Shown: positions 40,422 to 49,245 of the stretch, in pieces
Layout of the letters: every line of letters begins with the position of its first letter
Position numbering within the stretch: position 1 is the first letter of the stretch
NCBI GenBank assembly: GCA_045106895.1
Contig: JBGCFM010000054.1
Span: 9,548-73,547 of the forward strand
Origin: Polyangiales bacterium
Lineage (GTDB): Bacteria; Myxococcota_A; Polyangia; Polyangiales; Houyiibacteriaceae
Direction: 5' to 3'
DNA length: 64,000 nt
Notes under the pieces: generated by a model
What the model was told of the DNA's origin: nothing
The model's database searches: none
What the model saw: the letters and a program-made list of their open reading frames with translations, nothing else
Made by a program: the position numbers and the translations under genes

Positions 40422-41627
40422 GTGACTTCTTCCCGAATCCTCCTCCTCGAGAATATCCATCCCGGCGCCTTGGCCAGCCTTGAAGCCGCCGGTTTTGAAG
40501 TTGACCTGCTCTCCAAAGCACTTGGAGAAGACGATCTCATCCGTGAGTTGCAGGACTGTGTCGCCGTGGGCGTGCGCTCCAAGACGCAGGTCACAGCCAA
40601 GGTGCTCGAGGCTTGCAAGTCCCTCCGCGCCGTCGGCGCCTTTTGTATCGGCACCAACCAGATCGACCTGGGCGTGGCGAACGGCCTCGGCATCCCGGCG
40701 TTCAACGCGCCCTTCTCAAATACACGTTCCGTCGCGGAACTCGTCGTCGCGGAAGTTGTATTTCTCGCTCGTCAGATGGGCGACCGCAACAACGAGATGC
40801 ACGTCGGCAAGTGGAGCAAGACCTCCGCCGGCTGCCATGAGGTTCGCGGCAAGACGCTCGGCATCATCGGGTACGGCCACATCGGTCGGCAGGTGGGTGT
40901 GCTCGCAGAAGCGTTCGGCATGACCGTTATCTTCCATGACATCGTGAGCCAGCTGCCGATGGGCAACAACTCGCCAGCAGACGGACTCGACGACCTGCTC
41001 TCGCGCGCGGACTTCGTTTCCCTGCACGTGCCAGCAACGCCCGACACGGAGTGGATGATCGGCGAGGCGGAGATCGCGAAAATGAAAGAAGGCGCGTCGC
41101 TCATCAATCTGAGCCGCGGCAACGTCGTCGTCATCGAAGCGCTGGCTGCGGCACTGGACAGCGGACACCTCGCGGGTGCCGCTGTCGATGTGTACCCGAA
41201 AGAGCCGCGCACGAACAACGAGCCCTTCGAGACACCGCTTCAGGGCAAGCGCAATATGATCCTCAGCCCGCACATCGGCGGCTCGACGGTGGAAGCACAG
41301 GTCGCCATCGGACAAGAGGTCTCCGGCGCGCTCATTCGCTACCTGAACTATGGCTCGACGACGGGCGCGGTGAACTTCCCCATCGCGGACCTACCTCCAC
41401 GTGAGGGCGTCAACCGAATCCAGCATGTGCACCGCAACGTCCCTGGTGTTTTGGGCGATGTGCACCGCATCGTGTCGGGACAGAGCGCCAACGTCCTCGG
41501 GCAGATGCTCGCGACGGACGAGACGCTTGGCTACCTCATCATGGATGTGGAAGCCGGGAAGGGCGCCTCCATCGCGGAAGAGATGCGCGGGCTGCCGACG
41601 ACGGTTCGCGCACGCGTGCTCTTCTAA
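40422..41627 (+). CDS. serA: D-3-phosphoglycerate dehydrogenase with ACT domain
   Basis: FCIGTNQ, NAPFSNTRSVAE, GYGHIG, PHIGGST, HRNVPGVL. Confidence 0.96.
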   Translation: MTSSRILLLENIHPGALASLEAAGFEVDLLSKALGEDDLIRELQDCVAVGVRSKTQVTAKVLEACKSLRAVGAFCIGTNQIDLGVANGLGIPAFNAPFSNTRSVAELVVAEVVFLARQMGDRNNEMHVGKWSKTSAGCHEVRGKTLGIIGYGHIGRQVGVLAEAFGMTVIFHDIVSQLPMGNNSPADGLDDLLSRADFVSLHVPATPDTEWMIGEAEIAKMKEGASLINLSRGNVVVIEALAAALDSGHLAGAAVDVYPKEPRTNNEPFETPLQGKRNMILSPHIGGSTVEAQVAIGQEVSGALIRYLNYGSTTGAVNFPIADLPPREGVNRIQHVHRNVPGVLGDVHRIVSGQSANVLGQMLATDETLGYLIMDVEAGKGASIAEEMRGLPTTVRARVLF

Positions 41628-41635
41628 GTCCTCGC

Positions 41636-43012
41636 TTAGAGGACTTTGCCCGGGTTGAGAATGCCCTTGGGGTCGAGAATCGACTTCATCTGCCGCATCA
41701 GTTTGAGCTCGCCTGCGCTCCGGGTGTAGCCCAGGGCGGGCTTCTTGAGCAGGCCGATGCCATGTTCAGCGGAAATGCTCCCGCGGTACTTCTGAATGAG
41801 CTGGAACATGCCTTCGTCTGCGGCATGAGCGACTTCGAGGAACGCTTCCTTGGTGAGCCCATCGGGCTTCATGACGTTCACGTGCAGATTGCCGTCGCCG
41901 ATGTGCCCAAAAAGACAGATCTCAAGCTCGGGGTAGTTGGCTTTGAAGAGCTCTTCCAAGTCCACAACGAACTGCTCCAGACTCGCGATGGGCAAGGAGA
42001 TGTCGTTCTTATGCGGCAGGCCCGTGGCACTCAGGCTTTCGCTGATGCCCTCACGCAGCTGCCAAAGGTGGCGCGCCTGCTCGGCGCCGGAGGCGAGGGT
42101 GCCGTCTTCGACGATTTCCAGAACTTCCCCCAGCCAGTCTTCGAGCCGCTCTCGACTCTCGCTCTCCACCTCGAGGAGCACGTAGTACGGCGCGCTGACT
42201 TCGAGGGGAGGGCGCAAGCTGCGGTGTTGGGCGAGGCGGGCGAGACACGCGTCACTCATCATTTCAAAGGCGCTGAGCAAGAAGGGCGCTCGGCGTGCGC
42301 TTCGGTAGACGTCGATGAGCGTGGGGAGGTCTTTGACGGCGAAGAGCATCACATCCTGCGCCGGGGGAACGCGCGCAAGCTTGAGCGTCGCTTCGGTGAT
42401 GATACCGAGGATGCCTTCGCTCCCAATGAAGAGCTGGCGTAGGTCGATGCCGGTGTTGTTCTTTTCGAGGGCGTGATCCAAGTCGAGGATCTCACCGGTG
42501 CCCGTGACGACTTTGAGCCCGAGCACCCACTGGCGCGTCAGACCGTAGCGGATGACCTTTACGCCGCCGGCGTTCGTCGCGATGTTGCCGCCGACGAAGC
42601 TGCTCCCTTTGGACGCAAAGTCGATGGGCCAGGTGAGGCCTTTTTCTTCGCAGTGCTGATGGACACGCTCGGTGACGGCGCCGGCCCCTACCTTGACGGT
42701 GAGGCCCACTTCGTCGACCTCGCCGAGCTGGTCGAGCTTTTCGAGGGAGAGTACGAGCTCTCCGGAGGTGGCGACGGCGCCTCCCGCGAGGCCGGTGCGT
42801 CCGCCGCTGGGCACGACGGCGATGTTCTCCTCTGCGCAGATCTTGATGAGCTCCGATACGGCTTCCGTGCTCGTAGGAAAAGCCACAGCGCCCGCGTTTC
42901 GCGCGTGGACCTTGGTCCAGTCGCCGCCGTAGGTCTCGAGGTCCGCTCCGTCAAAGGAGAGCCGTCCGTGAGCTCCAAGTCGCGCCAAAATCGCATCACT
43001 CCACATGCGCAT
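41636..43012 (-). CDS. FAD-linked oxidase, D-2-hydroxyglutarate dehydrogenase-like
   Basis: PSGGRTGLAGG, GGNIATNAGG, KNNTG, GSEG, FGHIGDGNLH, SAEHGIG, LNPGK; adjacent to serA. Confidence 0.85.
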   Translation of the reverse strand: MRMWSDAILARLGAHGRLSFDGADLETYGGDWTKVHARNAGAVAFPTSTEAVSELIKICAEENIAVVPSGGRTGLAGGAVATSGELVLSLEKLDQLGEVDEVGLTVKVGAGAVTERVHQHCEEKGLTWPIDFASKGSSFVGGNIATNAGGVKVIRYGLTRQWVLGLKVVTGTGEILDLDHALEKNNTGIDLRQLFIGSEGILGIITEATLKLARVPPAQDVMLFAVKDLPTLIDVYRSARRAPFLLSAFEMMSDACLARLAQHRSLRPPLEVSAPYYVLLEVESESRERLEDWLGEVLEIVEDGTLASGAEQARHLWQLREGISESLSATGLPHKNDISLPIASLEQFVVDLEELFKANYPELEICLFGHIGDGNLHVNVMKPDGLTKEAFLEVAHAADEGMFQLIQKYRGSISAEHGIGLLKKPALGYTRSAGELKLMRQMKSILDPKGILNPGKVL

Positions 43013-43083
43013 TACATAGCCGGACTCCGGGAGTCCTCAAGTCAGCGGATGCCGCGTGCAGCAAACGCGCCCATAGTGGCGGC

Positions 43084-43899
43084 GTGCTTATTCAAGGAAG
43101 CGGTCCAGGACGCGAAATCTTCGTACGTGAGCTCGGCGACGCGGCTCATCCTTCGGTGGTCTTCGTCCATTCGTCGGGCATGAGCGGTGGCCAATGGCGG
43201 AGGCACTCGCTGCTCTTCCGTGACGCCGGTTACCACGTGCTCGTCCCCGACCTTATCGGATGCGGAAGAAGCGAAGCTTGGGGCGACGACTCGGGGCGTT
43301 TCGAGGCCGAAGCGGACATGGAGGTCATCGCGAGCCTCGCGAAAGAGCACGGCCCCGTGATTCTGATCGGCCACTCGTATGGCGGCGCGTTGGCGCTCAA
43401 GACAGCGCGCGCCCTTCGTGGACAAATCACCGCCGTCGCGGTCTACGACCCTGTTCTGTGGGGCCCTCACCGCGAGATTCATGGCGACGGTTTTGTGCAG
43501 AAGATGAAAGAGCGTGGGCTCCTGGACCCTGCACTGCGCGGCAGCGAGGAGTGGATGTCGACGTTCGTGGAGTATTGGGGCGGCGAAGGCGCGTGGGAAC
43601 GCATGGCGCCGCTCGCGCGGGAGCAGATGATGCGCTCCGCGGCGCAGACCTGTGACCAGGCGCTGGCGCTGTCGCGCGACGAAGAGGGCGCAGAAACCTA
43701 CGCGGCGATTTGCGCGCCAGCGCTTGTTCTTAGCGGTTCGGAAACGCCGCCGGAGATGCGTGACTCCGCCGTGCGCGTGGCCGAGGCGATTCCTCGTGGG
43801 GAGCACAAGGTGTTGCCCGGCGGGCACATGGTTCCGCTGACGCATACGGAGCTCTTTTGTGAAGCTGTGCTCTCGTGGGTCCGCGCTAGTAGTTCATGA
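43084..43899 (+). CDS. Alpha/beta hydrolase
   Basis: PDLIGCGRS, GHSYGG, GGHMVP. Confidence 0.85.
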   Translation: MLIQGSGPGREIFVRELGDAAHPSVVFVHSSGMSGGQWRRHSLLFRDAGYHVLVPDLIGCGRSEAWGDDSGRFEAEADMEVIASLAKEHGPVILIGHSYGGALALKTARALRGQITAVAVYDPVLWGPHREIHGDGFVQKMKERGLLDPALRGSEEWMSTFVEYWGGEGAWERMAPLAREQMMRSAAQTCDQALALSRDEEGAETYAAICAPALVLSGSETPPEMRDSAVRVAEAIPRGEHKVLPGGHMVPLTHTELFCEAVLSWVRASSS

Positions 43900-44287
43900 T
43901 GCAGATATCCATCTGAGGCGCGCTTGCGACCACGCCACAGCTTTCGGGCCCCGCAACGCAGCTGATGGCGAGCATGGCACTTGGGCCGCCGTACCTCAGC
44001 ATGCGCGCATCAAAGGGTGTTCCGGGGGCCACGCACGCGGCGAGCCAGAGCTGCCGGTGGGCGACGAGGTGTTCGACCTGCTCAGGCGTGAGGCGAGGCT
44101 CGAGCCAGGTATCGTCCGGGGTGCTCGTGACTTGGTAGTATCGCCAGTCGCAGCTCGATGATCGCGTGACGTCGTTGTAGCGTGATATGGCGCGGCCGAG
44201 TGTTGTCTCCAAAGGCGCAGCGCATCCCGCGAGCATGATGATGCCGCCGAAGATGAGCTGCGCGCGCAGCGTGGACAACGCCTTCAT
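43886..44287 (-). CDS. Hypothetical lipoprotein
   Basis: Signal ending LAGC; Cys-containing; fills the gap between neighbours. Confidence 0.6.
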   Translation of the reverse strand: MKALSTLRAQLIFGGIIMLAGCAAPLETTLGRAISRYNDVTRSSSCDWRYYQVTSTPDDTWLEPRLTPEQVEHLVAHRQLWLAACVAPGTPFDARMLRYGGPSAMLAISCVAGPESCGVVASAPQMDICIMNY

Positions 44288-44305
44288 GCCCTCACGTTAT
44301 CATTC

Positions 44306-44965
44306 CTAGAGGCGGCGGACGTAGGCGCTTGTGCCGTGCGTGCGTCGCATCGCGGCGGCGACGTCTTGGGCAACGTCCGTCGTGAGGAACGCGCCGACAA
44401 CAACGCGAAAGACGGGCACGCCGCGGGCGTCGGTGGATTCGATGACGTGCACCGACGAGTTATCCGCGGGGAAGCCGCCGGCTTCGTAGAAACCGTGCGC
44501 CGCGGCAAAGGTGCCTGTCGTGTAGCCGGGGTCGCTCTGCATGAGGCGGTCCGCGAGGGCCTCCGCGCTGGCTCGGTCTCTTGTGGCTCCGACCTGCACC
44601 GTCAGCGCCTCAAAGCCGACACGCATGGCGGCTCGACGCGCGGGTCGCTCAAGTTCGAGCTTGCGCGCGACGCGTGCGAAGAGCAGGTCGAAGCGCCCGC
44701 GGGGGTATTCGATCTCGGCGTCGCGAACGTACGCGGAGCCGAATACGACCTCCAGTGGCTCCTCGCCGACGAGGGCGTTCAGGCGGGGAAGCCAGATGGC
44801 TAGCTCGCGGGCGTTTTCAGGGCTCCACTCGGTATCCCCGCCCTGGACGGTGACGTTTCCGTAGACCGCTGCGTACCCATCCCAGCAAGCCTGCGTGGAA
44901 GGGGGCGAGACGATGGCGAGGGCGATGGCGAAGACGAAGGCGAGTCGCGGGGCTGTTTGAGTCAT
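44306..44965 (-). CDS. Secreted SPOR-domain protein
   Basis: Signal peptide; VQVGATRDRASAEALADRL ... FRVVVGAF...AYVRRL. Confidence 0.78.
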   Translation of the reverse strand: MTQTAPRLAFVFAIALAIVSPPSTQACWDGYAAVYGNVTVQGGDTEWSPENARELAIWLPRLNALVGEEPLEVVFGSAYVRDAEIEYPRGRFDLLFARVARKLELERPARRAAMRVGFEALTVQVGATRDRASAEALADRLMQSDPGYTTGTFAAAHGFYEAGGFPADNSSVHVIESTDARGVPVFRVVVGAFLTTDVAQDVAAAMRRTHGTSAYVRRL

Positions 44966-44977
44966 GGCCCCCGACGG

Positions 44978-45034
44978 TGCAGATGGCGTGCCCAGTGTCG
45001 ATGTTTTCGTTAATTGTGTAATATCAGGTGCTTA
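44978..45034 (-). promoter_or_regulatory. Putative sigma54 promoter plus IHF site for the SPOR gene
   Basis: Minus strand GGCACG-CCAT-CTGCA (GG-N10-GC, 44978-44992); TATCAGGTGCTTA (45022-45034) matches WATCAR-N4-TTR within an AT-rich patch. Confidence 0.62.
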
Positions 45035-45208
45035 GGGTTGAGTCGGCAAACGCTCTTGTGTCCACCTGCACACGTTTTTGTGGCAGAGGAAGCGGGCGGC
45101 GTGGGTCTCCGTGCTTGTCCGAGTGCTTTCGCGCACCTACGTCTGAGGCTCGGCAGGAGATGTACGAAAGACTGTAACGTTTGCGCCCTGACCGACTCTG
45201 GAAGACTC

Positions 45209-46438
45209 ATGACCCTATCGCGAAATATCTCTCTTCTTCTTTTGTGTGGGCTCCTCGCGGCGCCTTCTCTTCAAGCCCAAGACGAAGCCCCTGCGTCGCC
45301 GGAGGTCGCCGATGAAGTGGCCATGCCCGCCGTCGTGGAGCCGGCTCCCGTCGCTCCGCCCCCGCCGCCGATGATTCCGCCGACGCCGCCACCGGTGGCC
45401 CCGACGGAGACAGAACTTGACCCAACAGCGCACAAAGGAGACGGGTGGACGGCTCACAGCGGAGCGCACCGGGCCGCGGCGCTGGTCTTCGGCGATTCGC
45501 ATCACGCGCTCACGACGACGCGCGTGATCCGCGACCGCGGGAGCATCCATCTGATCAACGAAGATGGGGAGAGCGTCATGGCGACTTACGTGGCGCACAA
45601 CCGGTGGACCGGTCTTGTCTTGCTCCGCACCGACGCTGACCTTGGCGCCCCGGCGCAGCCAGGCGAAAACCTCGTTGCAGGAGACGCCGTTCGTTTCCGC
45701 GCGCGTCATGGCCGTCACCAGCATCATCCTCGCGGCGACGTGGAGACGGTGATTCTCTCGCTGCGCACGAACCGACTGACGCTCGGCGCCGAGTGCACCG
45801 AAGGCGAGGGCATCTACAGCCAGCGCGACGGTAGCCTCGCTGGCATCTGCACGGGCAGCGAACAAGCCGCAAGCGTGCACGCCGCCGAGGAGCTCTTCGG
45901 CCGCCACGATACGCCCGAGGCTCGCAGCGCTTGGCGTCTTCGACTCAGCGTTGACCTCCGCTACCGCATTCAAGACGGCTTCGAGTCCGTCCTCGCGGGA
46001 GAGTTCGGCATCGGCGTTCTGGGCTACAACCGTCTCGGCTTTGCCCTTCGCGGCGGAATTGCGGCGGACGCAGAACAAGACGACGACGGCCCATTGACCC
46101 TCGACACGCCCATCGAAGTGACCGGCGAAGTTCAGTTTCATCAGGCGTTCCGCTTTGGACAGCCGAGCCGTCTCGTCCTCGCCCTCGGCGCGACGTTCCG
46201 CTACCAGCGAACGGTCACGACGACGACGACGGCGGATTTCGGTGGCTGTGACGTGAGCGCGGGACCCTGTCCCGTCACCTTTGCGCGCTCCGAGACCACC
46301 GATTCGCAGTATCGAGTCCTTCCCATGGGACGCTTGGAAATCGACATGGGCGCCATGGCGCTCTCTTACGTCGTTCACCTCGACATCGACGACGTGGCGA
46401 ACACCACGCACTCCGTCGGAATCGGTCTCGTCTACTAA
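45209..46438 (+). CDS. Secreted protein: Pro-rich linker, degenerate trypsin-like domain, C-terminal beta-barrel-like region
   Basis: Signal peptide LQA-Q; HtrA-like pattern without catalytic residues; ends SVGIGLVY. Confidence 0.6.
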   Translation: MTLSRNISLLLLCGLLAAPSLQAQDEAPASPEVADEVAMPAVVEPAPVAPPPPPMIPPTPPPVAPTETELDPTAHKGDGWTAHSGAHRAAALVFGDSHHALTTTRVIRDRGSIHLINEDGESVMATYVAHNRWTGLVLLRTDADLGAPAQPGENLVAGDAVRFRARHGRHQHHPRGDVETVILSLRTNRLTLGAECTEGEGIYSQRDGSLAGICTGSEQAASVHAAEELFGRHDTPEARSAWRLRLSVDLRYRIQDGFESVLAGEFGIGVLGYNRLGFALRGGIAADAEQDDDGPLTLDTPIEVTGEVQFHQAFRFGQPSRLVLALGATFRYQRTVTTTTTADFGGCDVSAGPCPVTFARSETTDSQYRVLPMGRLEIDMGAMALSYVVHLDIDDVANTTHSVGIGLVY

Positions 46439-46461
46439 CGCGGCGCTAGCGAAGCCGGCTC

Positions 46462-46725
46462 TTATTCCGCGGCGGCTTCTTCGACTTCAGCGGCGGCCTC
46501 GTCGACCTCAGCGGCGGCTTCTTCGGCCGCCGCCTCGACGGTCCCCGCGCCTTCCTCGGCGGCTTCACCGAGATCCTCGCCAAGGTCACCCATCATGTCC
46601 TCCAGGTCCTGGGCCATCTCGTTGGCGGCGGCCTCGGCTTCCGCCTGCGCGGCAGCTTCCTCCTCGGGGCTGGGTCCGCAAGCAGCCAAAGAGAGTACGG
46701 TGAGCAGGGCGAGTGCTTTATTCAT
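46462..46725 (-). CDS. Small acidic Ala/Glu-rich lipoprotein
   Basis: MNKALALLTVLSLAAC lipobox; EAAA repeats. Confidence 0.75.
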   Translation of the reverse strand: MNKALALLTVLSLAACGPSPEEEAAAQAEAEAAANEMAQDLEDMMGDLGEDLGEAAEEGAGTVEAAAEEAAAEVDEAAAEVEEAAAE

Positions 46726-46857
46726 GCGGCGAGCCTCGCACAATAAAACGCGCCCCGTCGAGGGCTCCCAAACCCATCAAGGGCGACGTCTGGTGGGGAT
46801 TTCCATGAAAGGACGTACGCAGCGTGTTCTCTTTGACACTTCTGCTACGGTCCCGGC

Positions 46858-47865
46858 GTGAAGACGACACGATTGGCATTGGCCCTCCTTCTCTCCATCG
46901 CTGCTTGCGGCGATGACGACACCCCTGACGCTGGCCAGACGCCGGACAGCGCGGTCGCGGACGCGTCCAGCGACGTTGGCGCAGGCGATACTGGGAACGA
47001 GTCGGACGCCGGCGCAGACGCGGGTGCCAGCGACGCCGGCAGCGATGCGAACATCCCAGACGTGTTCGATGCAGGGCCTCCCGCTTGTGGCACCGAGCAG
47101 CCGAGCGTCGCCGCTGTTCGAGGGACCGAGGGCGTCGCCATCGCGCCGGATGGCACAATCTACTACTCCCAGAGTGGCGGAATCGGTCGAATCTTGCCCG
47201 GGATGGATGCGGAGAACGATTGGATCACGGGGCTCGGCGGCACCATGTGGGGGCTCGCGTATCGCGCGTCGGACGACGTGCTCTTCGCGGCGACGCCCGC
47301 CGCTGGGGGCGGGACCATCTACCGCGTAGACACCACCGCCGAAGAGGCGACGGCTGAGTCCTTCATCACCGGCGCCGGCGCGCCCAACGGTCTCATCCTT
47401 GCCGGCGACGACGGGCTTCTCTTCTCGGACTTCAGCGGCGGCACCGTGATGTACGTGGAAGGCGACGGAGAACCGACGCTCGTCGGCCGCTTCACGCAGC
47501 CAAACGGTCTCTTCCTCGACGACGACGGAACGCTTCTTGTGCTCTCCTACGGACCTGGCGAGATCTTCCGGCTAACCGTGAACGACGATTGGTCGGAGAT
47601 GTCGCGCGAGATGGTGGCGGACATCGATGCGGCGCCGGATGGCATCGGCCGCGACGAAATGGGCCGCTACTACGTGACGGACAATGGAGACGGTCGCTTG
47701 TTTCGCTTCAACGCGGACTTCGGCGCGGAAGAGCAACTTCTGACGGGCGTTCCGAGCGCCGCGAATATCGCCTGGGGCCAAGGTCCGTTGGTTTGCACGG
47801 AGCTATACGTGACGTCCGGCGCGACGATGCGTGTGGTCGACGTTGGCGCCACCGGCCGCCCCTGA
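46858..47865 (+). CDS. SMP-30/gluconolactonase-like beta-propeller lipoprotein
   Basis: Lipobox IAACGDD; EGVAI, PNGL x2, PDGIG, ANIAWG. Confidence 0.8.
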   Translation: MKTTRLALALLLSIAACGDDDTPDAGQTPDSAVADASSDVGAGDTGNESDAGADAGASDAGSDANIPDVFDAGPPACGTEQPSVAAVRGTEGVAIAPDGTIYYSQSGGIGRILPGMDAENDWITGLGGTMWGLAYRASDDVLFAATPAAGGGTIYRVDTTAEEATAESFITGAGAPNGLILAGDDGLLFSDFSGGTVMYVEGDGEPTLVGRFTQPNGLFLDDDGTLLVLSYGPGEIFRLTVNDDWSEMSREMVADIDAAPDGIGRDEMGRYYVTDNGDGRLFRFNADFGAEEQLLTGVPSAANIAWGQGPLVCTELYVTSGATMRVVDVGATGRP

Positions 47866-47937
47866 TTCTTCGGTTCAGGGGTAACCCTGGGGTGTCGTGT
47901 GTTGTGGAGGGTTGGCTGTCCTTGGCACCCTCCAACA

Positions 47938-48417
47938 ATGCGCTTCGCCGTTTACCTTTGTGTTTTTGGGGTCTTAGGGGGATGCCACGCCTTCATCGAC
48001 CCGGAGGACGACTATCTCCGGCCCGAAGACGCTGGCACGCCACCAATGGACGATGCTGGGCCACCGCCGGGCGATGTGTTCGATGCGGGTCTACTGAGCG
48101 ATGTGGACGGTTCTGCACTCGATGCAGGTCCGCAGTGCACGAACGTTGGAGATTTTAATAGAGTCAACTCGGAAACTCTCATCGCTTGCTGCATCGTTTC
48201 AAGCGATTGCCCACCACCACCCGGGAATCTTCCTCCCTTTGGCTGCGTGGACCCAGCATGTCCGTCGCACAACGCGGGTGTCTGCCTTCCGGTGGGTCTG
48301 CTTCGCGGAGACCGTTGCCGAGCGAATGGACAATGCGTGAGCGGAGTTTGCATGGGCGGTCAAGCGATGGTCGCATGTGGCGAACGCGTCGGGATTCTTC
48401 CAGGAGAATGCCAATGA
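47938..48417 (+). CDS. Cys-rich lipoprotein
   Basis: Lipobox LGGC; DAG linker; CRANGQCVSGVC. Confidence 0.68.
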   Translation: MRFAVYLCVFGVLGGCHAFIDPEDDYLRPEDAGTPPMDDAGPPPGDVFDAGLLSDVDGSALDAGPQCTNVGDFNRVNSETLIACCIVSSDCPPPPGNLPPFGCVDPACPSHNAGVCLPVGLLRGDRCRANGQCVSGVCMGGQAMVACGERVGILPGECQ

Positions 48418-49181
48418 GACCGCTGCTACTCCTCTTGAGCTTCGTGTTCTCCAACTTCGCCCTCGCCCAAGACGACGAAGCGCGGATTCATTTTGAAGCG
48501 GGTAGCCTCCACTACCAAGAGGCGAACTACGAAGACGCCCTCGGGGAGTTTGAGCGCGCGTATGAGCTGTCGGAGCTGCCCGCGCTGCTCTTCAACATGT
48601 CTCAGTGCCATGAGCGCCTCGGACAGCTGAGCGAAGCCATCTCCACGCTGGAAGCGTTCATCGCAGGGACTGAGGAAGGCGAGCAAAAAATGCGTCAGGA
48701 GCGTCGCCTGGTGAATCTCCAGCGTCGTTACGCCGAAGAGCAGGCCGCTGCGCTCGCAGCCGAGGAGGCCGCGCAGGCAAGTGCGGCGGAAGCCGAAGCA
48801 CGGCGAAGGCCTGAGGTAGAGCCTCCGCCGAGCCCGCCGATTCACGGCCTTCGGAACGCTGGCTTTGGCGTCCTCGCCGTGGGCGCTGCAGGTCTGCTGA
48901 CCTTCGCCGTAGCCGGGAGTCTTGCGCTTTCCAGTGCGGGAGAACTGGACGACACGTGTGGCGCGAACGGGCCCATGTGCGACGAGGACGATATTGCGCC
49001 TCTCGAGACGCGTATGCTAGTCGCTGATATCGGCCTTGGCATAGGTCTTGTGGCCGCCGTGACTGGCGTGATCATGGTCATCGTGGGGAGCAAAGGCGGC
49101 GACGAAGATGAGTCTCAGGCGCTCGTCGTTCCGATGATTCAGCGCGAGGGCGGCGGCGCCGCGATGAGCCTGCGTTTCTAG
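48414..49181 (+). CDS. Secreted tetratricopeptide-repeat protein with hydrophobic C-terminal hairpin
   Basis: ATGA overlap; ARIHFEAG...ALGEFERAYEL..PALLFN TPR pattern typical of myxobacteria. Confidence 0.82.
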   Translation: MRPLLLLLSFVFSNFALAQDDEARIHFEAGSLHYQEANYEDALGEFERAYELSELPALLFNMSQCHERLGQLSEAISTLEAFIAGTEEGEQKMRQERRLVNLQRRYAEEQAAALAAEEAAQASAAEAEARRRPEVEPPPSPPIHGLRNAGFGVLAVGAAGLLTFAVAGSLALSSAGELDDTCGANGPMCDEDDIAPLETRMLVADIGLGIGLVAAVTGVIMVIVGSKGGDEDESQALVVPMIQREGGGAAMSLRF

Positions 49182-49245
49182 CGTTCTTTCGGCCACGCAG
49201 CTTTCCGTGGGACCGCAGCCAGGAGCGGGGCTATAGTCCGCGCGA

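Noticed and set aside
45173..45200. ECF-like TGTAAC...CGAC promoter before the 45209 gene
   Set aside because: The 14-nt spacer is short for ECF promoters; unsupported.
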